IMG/VR virus record: IMGVR_UViG_3300047673_000554
Span: 1-64,000 of that record
Length of the DNA: 64,000 nt
Reading direction: 5' to 3' (one strand)
Source: a virus
Shown here: positions 48,087 through 57,234 of the stretch, piece after piece
Layout of the letters: each line of letters starts with the position of its first letter
How positions within the stretch are numbered: position 1 is the stretch's first letter
The notes under the pieces: model-generated
Database searches by the model: none
Seen by the model: only the letters and a program-made list of their open reading frames with translations
What the model was told of the DNA's origin: nothing
Made by a program: the position numbers and the translations under genes

Positions 48087-48110
48087 GTCAGTAATGGATC
48101 GATTGCAGTC
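48087..48110. repeat. Dyad site E
   Basis: GTCAGTAATGGATCGATTGCAGTC. Confidence 0.45.
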
Positions 48111-48484
48111 GTCTGAATTATCCGTACACGGGTGATCACCTGTGAAATGCGCTATAGGGCCTGAAAGCCCCCTGTGTCGGGGCTTCCGGGCAAGCTACCC
48201 CTCGTCCTAAAACACTTCAAAGCGCCCCTGATACGAACTTTTGAGAATTCGAAAACTCAATAAGACGCTTATTTTCCAGCGTCACACCCTTGTAAATTGG
48301 GGGTTCTGCAGATCGACCACCGACCTGGCTTGCTCTGGACGATACGCAAAGCCACTGCACTTTTTTGCAAAACCTTGCACACCGTGAAATTGCAAAATGC
48401 GCCACTAACTGCTCGGCGGGCTTGGGCGCGACCTTGACTTGCGCAACACCCGCCTTTGCACAATAAAGGGACGCAAAGCCCGTC

Positions 48485-48503
48485 GGCGGGAGGGGGATAA
48501 GTG
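48485..48503. other. Putative P2/HP1-type cos of prophage 2
   Basis: GGCGGGAGGGGGATAAGTG resembles P2 cos GGCGAGGCGGGGAAAGCAC; TTGCA repeats nearby; sits between tail and att. Confidence 0.4.
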
Positions 48504-48888
48504 CTTTTTTAATCGTTTTTTTATCATCCAATGATTTTTTTGCTGTAGGACTGCGGTTACACACTACTGCGTTCATCAATACTGCAAGCGTCATCTTGAT
48601 CAATCCTCGTTGCGATCGGCAGCCACACGGCGCCCCAGGCATCGCCGACTACATCGCACGATCAGCGTCCCTCCACCCATTGCGGCGCTCCAAGACGGCA
48701 TCCTCAGGAGTGCATTTGTTCTCATTAGCCGCAAATGAGTGCGAAGGCTACAGCGCTGAATTTAGCTACCTTAGCCCTCCATAGCCGTTCGACAACCTCC
48801 AAACACCTTAACTCGCTCTAGCATTACACCCTTAGAAATGCTATCTAAATCGAAAGTCGTTTAAGTAATCAGCGTAGGAGTTAAATGG

Positions 48889-50610
48889 ATGTTTCAGCAA
48901 CCTCAAATTTTTTTAATTGATACGGATGAAGATATTTCTAAGGCCATCCTTAAAAGCTGGTCTAATATTGGTACTGGAACGCTCGGCACCCCATATGAAA
49001 CTCCTACTGATAGTGACTGGCGCCCAGTAATCCAAAATAAACCGCTGGGTAAATTTGAGGAATCAGATTTAATCATTGTTGATCTTTCATCAAAAAAATT
49101 AGCACATCATGCACCAGGCGAAAAGCACACACCGACAGGAGAAGTAGATCTATGGGCGAAGTGTGACAAAGGCTGGATTGATGCCAGAGTTCGCACAGTT
49201 TTATCCGCAAAAGCAGATCTGAATAGAATTGTAAGGAATGGCGGCGTACTTATCATTTTTGCCGCACCTGATAGCCCAATGAATTTTCAATGGGCAACAG
49301 TTAGCAACTATCGAATGTCAACTCGAAGTACCGTTGATGGTGGAGTATGGAATCTTGCCGACCCACTAGATCGATTGAGAGTTGATGCCGAGTCTGGATC
49401 CGTAATTAACGTAACAGACAACTCCCCAATAGGATCGCTTTTAAAACGGCATTTGACAGGTGCCGAATTCACATGTGTGTTCAGCTCTGTATGGGATCAC
49501 GACTCAACATGGAAATCATTAGCGACTAATAAGTATGGCGTGAGTGTTGCGGTCTCTGCTGAACATGGCAACGGACATATTTTCGTACTCCCTCAGTTAA
49601 TAGAAAAAGCACGGTTCATCGAAGAGTTATTAGGGTCAATTCTTCCTGAAATAGTACCCAACCTATTTCCAGATATCGAAAAAGGCAAATGGACTCATCG
49701 GCCGGAATACGAACTTGAGCGTGTTAAAGAATTAGAATCTCGAAAAGCCTTAGTAATCGCCGAGGCAGAAAAACAACTCAATAACATACAACAAGAAATC
49801 GATGAAAATCGTGCCGCGAATGGCTGGCTACATGATCTAATTACGGGAACAGGTGATGACCTAGTTAACGCTATAAAAATCGCCCTTTCAGAACTAGGCT
49901 TTCAGCGTGTTATAGACGTTGATGAAATACGAGACGCTGAAGGCAAAAGCCGACGCGAAGACCTTCGAATAGAAGACGGCGACCCGCTCTTGATTGTCGA
50001 CATCAAAGGCGTCGGCGGGAGAGCTGGTGACGATGACATTATGCAAGCAAACAAACACGCCTTAATTAACATGAGGGAACTAGACAGAACCAACATTCAA
50101 GGTTTATCGATAATTAACCAGCAAAGACATTTACCCCCATTAGAAAGGGATAACAACGAAGCTTTTCGAAAGGAAATAGTAGATTTTGCTGGTGAAACAG
50201 GCCTAGGGCTACTAACTGCATTCGACCTTTATCGAATAGTTGTAAACAAACAAAGACACGGCTGGTTACCAGATTGGGTAAAACCGCTTTTTTTTAGGCA
50301 TCAACGCATTACTGCTGTGCCTACGCACTATAAATATCTAGGAACAATCTCCAAAGTCTTTACCGAAGTTTTTGGCATGCATATATTAGAAAACGAAATC
50401 GAAGTAGGCGACTACTTAGCGGTGGAGGGAGACATTTATTTTGAGGAGGTCGAAGTTCTGTCAATACAAGTAGAAAATGTTGAAGTAACAAGTGCTGCCG
50501 TTGGGGATCGTGCGGGCTTCAAATGGCCACAAAGTGCAGCGAAGCTTCGAGAGAATATGCGCGTCTATGCAATACCTCGCTCATTTCAAGACTCGAGGTT
50601 GCAGCCTTAA
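48889..50610 (+). CDS. Coiled-coil + PD-(D/E)xK nuclease + EF-Tu-domain-II-like barrel protein
   Basis: REDLRIEDGDPLLIVDIKG; C-terminal IEVGDYL...VLSIQVENVEVTSAAVGDRAG; AT-rich. Confidence 0.65.
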   Translation: MFQQPQIFLIDTDEDISKAILKSWSNIGTGTLGTPYETPTDSDWRPVIQNKPLGKFEESDLIIVDLSSKKLAHHAPGEKHTPTGEVDLWAKCDKGWIDARVRTVLSAKADLNRIVRNGGVLIIFAAPDSPMNFQWATVSNYRMSTRSTVDGGVWNLADPLDRLRVDAESGSVINVTDNSPIGSLLKRHLTGAEFTCVFSSVWDHDSTWKSLATNKYGVSVAVSAEHGNGHIFVLPQLIEKARFIEELLGSILPEIVPNLFPDIEKGKWTHRPEYELERVKELESRKALVIAEAEKQLNNIQQEIDENRAANGWLHDLITGTGDDLVNAIKIALSELGFQRVIDVDEIRDAEGKSRREDLRIEDGDPLLIVDIKGVGGRAGDDDIMQANKHALINMRELDRTNIQGLSIINQQRHLPPLERDNNEAFRKEIVDFAGETGLGLLTAFDLYRIVVNKQRHGWLPDWVKPLFFRHQRITAVPTHYKYLGTISKVFTEVFGMHILENEIEVGDYLAVEGDIYFEEVEVLSIQVENVEVTSAAVGDRAGFKWPQSAAKLRENMRVYAIPRSFQDSRLQP

Positions 50611-50741
50611 GCGCCGCGACTTCTTTTGCTCTTGGCCCCGCTTTCAGTTAGTGCCGCAACTACGTGGTCTAGAACCCCGAGTGCAGCCCATTGGCGAGCT
50701 GGGGCTTCTAGGCAACAATAACCTTAAACTGACTGTCACGA

Positions 50742-50768
50742 ATGAAAAGGCCCCGCACATGCGGGGCA
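50742..50768 (-). terminator. Late-operon terminator of prophage 2
   Basis: GCCCCGCA-TG-TGCGGGGC-CTTTT on the minus strand. Confidence 0.65.
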
Positions 50769-50778
50769 TGAGCCGTAT

Positions 50779-51504
50779 TCAAGGAATTGCGTACGCTCTG
50801 TGTAGTTCGATGGAAGCCGCCTCGATATCCGAATTGTTCAGTGCACGGTCGTATGCCCTGATAAAGGCATAGCCTCCCACCAGCCCTGCTGTGGCCAGCG
50901 CCGATCCTTGCCCGCCCAGAATATTCCGTCCGCTGAGAGACACCCCGGTCGCGCCTTCGACGATTGGGCTAGTGCCGACTTTGATTTTGGAGGTTGGACC
51001 GTCGAACACGGCGAGGATGACCGTCCACTCGGTCGATTTGTCACTGCTTTCCAGTCGACTGGCCGCTGAGATACTTTCATAGAAGCCATTCGCACCTGGT
51101 GCGAGGATCTGGGCGCCCGACGCCATCAGACGCGCCTGATTCGCCGCAAAGACAGAAGCCTTGACCACCATCGCGTAAGTCATCGACTGCGCGATAGCGA
51201 CCGTGCCCGGGCCATTTCCGATCTGCTGTGTCCCGTCAAATAACACGGCTGGGTTGCCACCTGGTCCACCAGTCAGCGAAAACTTCGGTTTCCCCCAGCC
51301 CGTGTACTGGAAGTTGAAAGTGCGGTTGACGATCGGCGCCGGTCCGTTTGCCAGCCAGGTGTCCACGGCAGCACCGTCGGCCAGTGCGGCCAGACTCGCG
51401 GCATCGAGCTCGTAAATGATGTTCGACTGCACATCAGGGATGGTTGGGGTATCGGAGAGAGGGTTGGACAACACACCAGGTGCGCTAATCACGAGAGAAA
51501 ACAT
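50779..51504 (-). CDS. LamG/concanavalin-like beta-sandwich protein
   Basis: ELDA...PAVLFDG...WTVILAVFDG...RAYDRALN. Confidence 0.6.
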   Translation of the reverse strand: MFSLVISAPGVLSNPLSDTPTIPDVQSNIIYELDAASLAALADGAAVDTWLANGPAPIVNRTFNFQYTGWGKPKFSLTGGPGGNPAVLFDGTQQIGNGPGTVAIAQSMTYAMVVKASVFAANQARLMASGAQILAPGANGFYESISAASRLESSDKSTEWTVILAVFDGPTSKIKVGTSPIVEGATGVSLSGRNILGGQGSALATAGLVGGYAFIRAYDRALNNSDIEAASIELHRAYAIP

Positions 51505-51523
51505 TTGATGCTCCTTACTGCGT

Positions 51524-53428
51524 TCAGCGCAGCGCGGTGTAGAAGAATTCAGAAATCACTGGGGCGCCCTTGGCCGGATCCGGATGGATTTTGTCATCAC
51601 TGATCAGCGGGGTTTGCCCGGTACTGGCGTACTTCGCCGGGTCACCCATGGCCGCGTACTGCATATCCATAAAGGCAATGCCCTGCGTCCAGCACCAGGC
51701 AGCGGCGAGCTTGGTGTAGGCACTCATGGGGTACTGACTGGATCGTGTGGTGTCCCATCGCATGGCGACGATGAAGGACGCGCCGGGATGGACTTCCAGG
51801 TGAGTCGCGACCACGCCCTGCAGGTTGGCGAGAAAGGTCGCCGGCGTGACTGATGCGCCCTGATCGTTACCGCCCAGCATCACCAGCACGGCATCTGCGG
51901 GAATGAAGCCCGTGGCGGTCTTCTGCTGCGTTAACCAGGTCGTATCGTTCTTGTACCAGTCACCCGAGGCCGAACCGCTGGCCGCGCACTTGGAGACGAC
52001 CACACCCGACGTACTGTTTTCGGTGTAGATGCCAAACAGCGTCGGCGTGCCGGTGAAGACTTCCATGCGCAGCTTCCAGTTACCGCCAGCAGGCAACACC
52101 GGAAAGGCCACTTGCTGGGGCCCCACCCCGGACAGCGACAACGTGTTCCACTCCAGGGCATCACCCCAGCGATACCGCAGGGTGGAATTTGTGCCATCGC
52201 CCAGGAATAGCAGCTTCGCCAGTGTCGCCGCTGTCGAGATATCCGCGGTGTCGACGGCTGCGATGCTCACGTAATCACCCACAGCCCCCGCCTTGATCGT
52301 CCTGTTGTCGGGACTGGCCGCGCCCAATGGCGATAGCGTCCAGCTGCCGCCGAAGTAGGTCAGGCTGCCATTGGTGTACAAGAAGTTTTTCGTGCCCAGG
52401 GACGAGCCGTGGTTGAAGCCGATGTAACCCGAACCGCCAAAGCCAAAGTCTTTGGCTAAAAACCGGGTGAGGTCGTTCATGTAGAAGTTGTGAGCGGCGG
52501 AATAGGAGTCGCCGATGATTTTTAGGTACAGCTTTACCCCAGGTACACCCGCGCGAATCTGGCCTTGCTTCATTCGCATTTTGGGCACGTTGGAGATGTT
52601 GTTGTAGGCCGTCTTCGGATGACTGTCGTCACTCCCGATCAGCGGTTTCAGCCGCTTGGCCCAACGAAAGATCACCCAGTCCGGCACCTGACCGTCGGTG
52701 TCGCGGATCGACAAATCAGTCAGGCGTCCCAGGGCATCAGGAAACGCATACAGCAGACCCGGGACATACGCTGGCTTGACGCCCAGGTACTTGTACAACA
52801 TCTTCAGCGCCCAATTGCTCGGCCCGCCATCCCGATTATTGATGCCCATCCACGTTTCATGGCCGGCGGCATCACGCACTGCCACCAACGTGTCATTGAC
52901 GGTCTGAACTTTGAATTTGCTCTGCACAAAGCTGTTGATCGTTTCGACGGCGGTCGAGCTCGGGTAGCGCGTTTGCTCAATTGCCACCCCCGCTTCATTT
53001 TTAAACAGAATCAGCGACTGGGCGTTCTCGGGTGAAACCACCGTGAAAAACATGCCGTCGGTCGTGGTGCGCAAGCCTTCCGCCGTGCTGGCTTTCACGC
53101 CGGCAGCCAACTGGGCCGCATCCCTTGCCGATTCTGCGCGTAACGCCGCGCCGTTCGCCTCGGCTAGGGATTCGGTGACGTCCAGGAACTGGACGGGCAA
53201 ACGGTAATCCCGTTTTCCTTTGGTGATGCGCAGGTCATACAGCCCGTTCGGCGCGGCAAACTGGGCCAATCCGTTTGCGTCGGCCAGGAACGGGTTGAGC
53301 AATCCTAAGCCGTTGCTTTTACGTAAACCGAAGACGATGTTTTCGGTGCCGCGCTCGTACAGGTAGCAGGTCGCAGCGGGCAAGGCATTGCCCAGGTCAT
53401 CCTGTGCAAAGAAACTCTTGAGTTCCAA
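51524..53428 (-). CDS. Tailspike-like protein with SGNH/GDSL esterase domain
   Basis: TTG start; virion-attachment-like N-terminus; IIGDS, GGND, DKIHP. Confidence 0.75.
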   Translation of the reverse strand: MELKSFFAQDDLGNALPAATCYLYERGTENIVFGLRKSNGLGLLNPFLADANGLAQFAAPNGLYDLRITKGKRDYRLPVQFLDVTESLAEANGAALRAESARDAAQLAAGVKASTAEGLRTTTDGMFFTVVSPENAQSLILFKNEAGVAIEQTRYPSSTAVETINSFVQSKFKVQTVNDTLVAVRDAAGHETWMGINNRDGGPSNWALKMLYKYLGVKPAYVPGLLYAFPDALGRLTDLSIRDTDGQVPDWVIFRWAKRLKPLIGSDDSHPKTAYNNISNVPKMRMKQGQIRAGVPGVKLYLKIIGDSYSAAHNFYMNDLTRFLAKDFGFGGSGYIGFNHGSSLGTKNFLYTNGSLTYFGGSWTLSPLGAASPDNRTIKAGAVGDYVSIAAVDTADISTAATLAKLLFLGDGTNSTLRYRWGDALEWNTLSLSGVGPQQVAFPVLPAGGNWKLRMEVFTGTPTLFGIYTENSTSGVVVSKCAASGSASGDWYKNDTTWLTQQKTATGFIPADAVLVMLGGNDQGASVTPATFLANLQGVVATHLEVHPGASFIVAMRWDTTRSSQYPMSAYTKLAAAWCWTQGIAFMDMQYAAMGDPAKYASTGQTPLISDDKIHPDPAKGAPVISEFFYTALR

Positions 53429-53429
53429 A

Positions 53430-54380
53430 TTAGGCTCCCGTGATGGGCTTGAGCTGCCCAGTAAGCTGTAGGCCGGTACCGGCGTTGGTAGTGAAGTTCG
53501 CGGCGTTGGCAGGGACAGGGCTAGGTCCGTGGACGTGGGCCGCCAGTTCGGTGTTCGTCTGCGTGACCAGGTCAATCAGATCGCACAGCACCTGCAGTAC
53601 GTTGACCGACTCAGAGCCCAACCAGGTCTTGGCAGCGATGCTGCGGCGGGCACCTTCGATGCGCTCGAGCAGCTGGCCTCCCACGGTCAAATTGAGCTTC
53701 TGGCCCACCACCTGGTTGAGGTCACGCCCGCTGGCCAGGTGCAAGTCATCCAGTGCGGCCAGGCTGGCGGAACCGCCCGACAGCAACTTGAGCGAGCCGA
53801 TCGCTTCGATCGTCTTAATGCCCCCGACCGACTCGGTCGAATGGTCGTCCACCGTCACCGTGCTGCTCTGGTGGCGCTCGACGTTGGTCAGGCTTTCAAC
53901 CTCACGCTCGATCGACTTGTCCAGAATCCGGCCATCGGTCTGGCGCAGCCAGTTGCCGTCCGCATCGGCGCGCTGCTGGGCGGCGTCGCTGTGCTGCCAC
54001 ACCTGGTCACCTTTCGGCACCTTGGGCAGACTCAGGCCGTGCGGCAGGATTGCCTGGATAAACGGCTTGCTCGGCAGGCCGTAGGCGAAGGACACGACAA
54101 CCCGTGTCCCTTCTTCAGGGAACGCGAAAAAGCCCATCTCATCGCCGCCCATAGGCATGGGCAGCGGCACGCCGGCGAGCACTGGCAGCTCCGGATCCGG
54201 CTCGTCATCCTCACCCAACAGTTCGAGGTCCACCGCAAAGCGCGGACGGAAGTCGTCGCAGATCCCGGCGCCGGCGGGAGCATCGGCCACACCCACCACG
54301 CGGGCGAAGCGCGGCAGGTGATAACCGCCGGTGAGTTCGGGAAATTGCCGCTCTACGCTGCGGCGGATTGCGTCTTCCAT
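53430..54380 (-). CDS. Baseplate spike (gpV-like)
   Basis: PEEGTRVVVSF OB-fold, beta repeats, C-terminal HVH. Confidence 0.7.
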   Translation of the reverse strand: MEDAIRRSVERQFPELTGGYHLPRFARVVGVADAPAGAGICDDFRPRFAVDLELLGEDDEPDPELPVLAGVPLPMPMGGDEMGFFAFPEEGTRVVVSFAYGLPSKPFIQAILPHGLSLPKVPKGDQVWQHSDAAQQRADADGNWLRQTDGRILDKSIEREVESLTNVERHQSSTVTVDDHSTESVGGIKTIEAIGSLKLLSGGSASLAALDDLHLASGRDLNQVVGQKLNLTVGGQLLERIEGARRSIAAKTWLGSESVNVLQVLCDLIDLVTQTNTELAAHVHGPSPVPANAANFTTNAGTGLQLTGQLKPITGA

Positions 54381-55063
54381 CGGATCGCCATTTGGTTGCC
54401 GGTGAGCGTGACATTCGTGATCCGCTCGCCTTGGTTGATGGATGCACCTGGTCGCAACCCGGGAAGGGCCGCGATCATCGCGCTCTGATTGTTTTGGTAG
54501 CCGTTGAACAGCTCGACGGGCAGCTGCAGCGGCGATCGGGAACCGAAAAAGCCGTCAGCCCAACTGCCCACATACACTTCGCCGTCGCCTTGCTGCTGCC
54601 AGATAAAGTCGGGAATCCCGAACACCCGGGACAGGCTGTCCATGGCCTGGTAGCCGGCGGCCAGATTGTAGAAAAACGGGGCTTTGACTTTGGCGTAGGC
54701 CTTGTCCGGCACTCGAAAGCTCAACCCGGTTATCTGGTTGATTTCCCCCAGCACAGTCGTCAGATCCGCATGGCGCAGGTTGAGCGGTAAAGGGTTGGCC
54801 AGGATCGCCGCCAGTTCACGACAGAACAGCACTTGCTCGATCGCATTGGACGACGTGCAACGTTCGACATATCCAATGAAGTGGCGCTGCAGCGAGCTGT
54901 CGTTGTAGCCGATATCGAGCGTCACCAGTCCCTTCACCGGCGCAACCGCTTGAATGGTCAGCGTGGCGCGGCCGGGGGTGCGCAGCTCAAGGCGAACGTC
55001 ATCGGTGATCAGCGGATAGACCACGCCACCGACGGTCAGCACCTTGTGCAGTTTCATGCTCAT
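54353..55063 (-). CDS. Baseplate hub-like tail protein
   Basis: Position; FIWQQQGDGEVYVGSW. Confidence 0.65.
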   Translation of the reverse strand: MSMKLHKVLTVGGVVYPLITDDVRLELRTPGRATLTIQAVAPVKGLVTLDIGYNDSSLQRHFIGYVERCTSSNAIEQVLFCRELAAILANPLPLNLRHADLTTVLGEINQITGLSFRVPDKAYAKVKAPFFYNLAAGYQAMDSLSRVFGIPDFIWQQQGDGEVYVGSWADGFFGSRSPLQLPVELFNGYQNNQSAMIAALPGLRPGASINQGERITNVTLTGNQMAIRWKTQSAAA

Positions 55064-55602
55064 GCCCCACCGCCCAAGTAGTTATCCAGCTTTTTCAGGG
55101 TGGCTTCGAAGCCACTGAGCTCCTCACCTGGTGCGCCGGTTTCACCTGCACCTGGTGCCGTCACTGACTGCCCCGGGGCGCCCTGCTGCGTGACAGCCTT
55201 GGCCGATCGCCGCGTCTCGACCCGCTCGGGGTTGGAGAGCTTTTCCGACAGCGTGAATTGAACGAGCCAGGCGCGAAGCGAGTCGTCTTCCCGGGCGCTG
55301 ACGCCCTCGGAGAACTGCACCTGGCGCACGCCGAATGCGGACGCGGTGTCGTTGACCAGCCGATAGGTTTTGAGCTGGCCACCGGTGCCGGTCGCCTCGG
55401 CCAGGCGCATCAGACTGCGTAGCTGCGACTCATCGACAAACGGGATCAGCAATGTGACCGCCAGCGTCTTGGGTTTGAAGCCTTTGTGGGCCGAGTCGGT
55501 GTTGCTGGTTTGGCCGGACAGGTCGTCGCTTTCGATTCGCAGGTTGGCGGTGACCTTGAGGTTCTTGCCGCGTACCTGTTCGCCATCGAGCAATAAGGTC
55601 AT
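55060..55602 (-). CDS. Phage tail protein
   Basis: ATGA-coupled in the tail operon. Confidence 0.6.
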   Translation of the reverse strand: MTLLLDGEQVRGKNLKVTANLRIESDDLSGQTSNTDSAHKGFKPKTLAVTLLIPFVDESQLRSLMRLAEATGTGGQLKTYRLVNDTASAFGVRQVQFSEGVSAREDDSLRAWLVQFTLSEKLSNPERVETRRSAKAVTQQGAPGQSVTAPGAGETGAPGEELSGFEATLKKLDNYLGGGA

Positions 55603-56519
55603 AGGCCCACCAATTCCCGAACAAAGCCCAACCCTTTCAGGGAGCCGACCAGCAGCACGCCGGCCGACAGTCCCCACTCGTGACCTGGTGCGTCGCCCTG
55701 CAGCAGCTGGTGCCGCAACTCGGCGGCATTCCCCGGACCGATCAGGCGGGCGCGCATGGTGTCGTCGGCCGTGCCGCCGGCGAACTGCGATTTGAGGTTG
55801 GCCAACTGTTTGGCCTGTGCCTGGGCCTGGCTGGCTTTACGAGTAGCCAACCGTGCTAGATCCGCCATCGGCGAATTGTCCGCATAGCTTTCCAGTGCCG
55901 ACAGCTGACTGTTCAGGGCTTGCGTGGCGGCCTTGGTCACGGTGCAACGCTCCAGGGGCAGCGCGCCCCAACGCGGGAGCGTGCCGGCGGTGGGCAGTTC
56001 CCACTTTTCGGCGTCCAGCGCGAACAGGTTCTTCGCTCGACGTTCGGCGCGCTGCAGGTCAGGCATGGGCAGCACTGCGTTGAAGCGGGACAAGGTCGCC
56101 GCGAACTTGTCATAGCGCGTGCCCAGGAACATCACCGCCAAGGCGTATTGCGCGCCGGCAGGACGACCGTCATCGCCGGTGTCTTCCAGCTTCTCGCCCA
56201 GCTGCTGCAGCAAGTTCGGCGCGGACAGATAACGCTGGTTACCTCGGCCCTGCCCTACCCCACTTTGGAATGGCGTCACCACCAGGCAGGCCGGTACTTC
56301 GCCCAAGGCACCACTGAGTCCGGCGCGGCCAGCGGCCACGGCCGCTTCTGCAGCGGCGCCGACCGGCCCCGGCGAGGTGGTGGCCAAGTCGGCGAGATCT
56401 GCCAGACGTTGCCCGGTGCTGGTCAGTTCGAGACTCGCCAGATCCTTGGCCGCCTCGAGGTCGTCAAGCCACTGGGTGGACTGCTCCGGCCAGCGCATGG
56501 TGATAGGCGCCCAATTCAT
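55599..56519 (-). CDS. Phage tail-region hypothetical protein
   Basis: ATGA-coupled in the tail operon. Confidence 0.6.
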   Translation of the reverse strand: MNWAPITMRWPEQSTQWLDDLEAAKDLASLELTSTGQRLADLADLATTSPGPVGAAAEAAVAAGRAGLSGALGEVPACLVVTPFQSGVGQGRGNQRYLSAPNLLQQLGEKLEDTGDDGRPAGAQYALAVMFLGTRYDKFAATLSRFNAVLPMPDLQRAERRAKNLFALDAEKWELPTAGTLPRWGALPLERCTVTKAATQALNSQLSALESYADNSPMADLARLATRKASQAQAQAKQLANLKSQFAGGTADDTMRARLIGPGNAAELRHQLLQGDAPGHEWGLSAGVLLVGSLKGLGFVRELVGL

Positions 56520-57226
56520 ACCGGCGTGGACTCCCACACCACAGCGTTGAGCGCGTCGAGGTCCGACGTCGATCGCGCCGCTGCCAAGGCTTGCTTGAGG
56601 TCGTTGGCTTTGAGCAGACGCTGCAGTTTGAAGTCGGTGAACTCGTCACCGATCTGGCGCAGTTGGTCGCTGGTGTGTTCCAGGAAGGCTTTCACCCCGG
56701 CTTGATCCTGGCAGGGGCAGAGGCCACCCAACCCGCGCAAAATCATGCTGGTCAGGTTCAACTGATCCTGAAGCTGAGTTTCGTAGAAAAAACGATCGCC
56801 CAACACCGACGACCAGAACCCGCCGGTGATCTCCTGCAGACACGCCGTGTTGATCGCCGCCAGTTGGGCGACGTAGCGCAACTCAATCACGGCCGGGATA
56901 TCGTCAACCCAGTGACCGTTGCCCCAGATCTGGCCCGGGCCTGGCACTTCCAGCGTGTAGCCGGTCGGCAGCGAACCCGCCCGCTCAATGACCAGGGGCT
57001 CACGGGTTTGGATGTTGTAGGCCGTCAGCCCCTGGTAAGAGTCAACCAACTGCCAGCGTCGACCATCCCAAAACGCCGCCTTTCTTTCCGGTACCGCTGG
57101 CGGCGCCACTTCGACACACCCGCCGGGAATCAACCAAACATCCGGTTCCAGCGGCGAGCGATCGGCCACTGTCTTGCCGGTAAAGATGCCCAGGTGATCG
57201 GTTTGATAGACGGTTTTGGTATCCAT
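56516..57226 (-). CDS. Tail fibre assembly protein (DUF4376-like C-terminus)
   Basis: SPLEPDVWLIP, DQLNL, HTSDQL. Confidence 0.75.
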   Translation of the reverse strand: MDTKTVYQTDHLGIFTGKTVADRSPLEPDVWLIPGGCVEVAPPAVPERKAAFWDGRRWQLVDSYQGLTAYNIQTREPLVIERAGSLPTGYTLEVPGPGQIWGNGHWVDDIPAVIELRYVAQLAAINTACLQEITGGFWSSVLGDRFFYETQLQDQLNLTSMILRGLGGLCPCQDQAGVKAFLEHTSDQLRQIGDEFTDFKLQRLLKANDLKQALAAARSTSDLDALNAVVWESTPV

Positions 57227-57234
57227 GGCGGGTC

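Noticed and set aside
219-48110. CRISPR array from the dyad repeats or the TGTGGTG hairpins
   Set aside because: No regular repeat-spacer periodicity and no cas genes.
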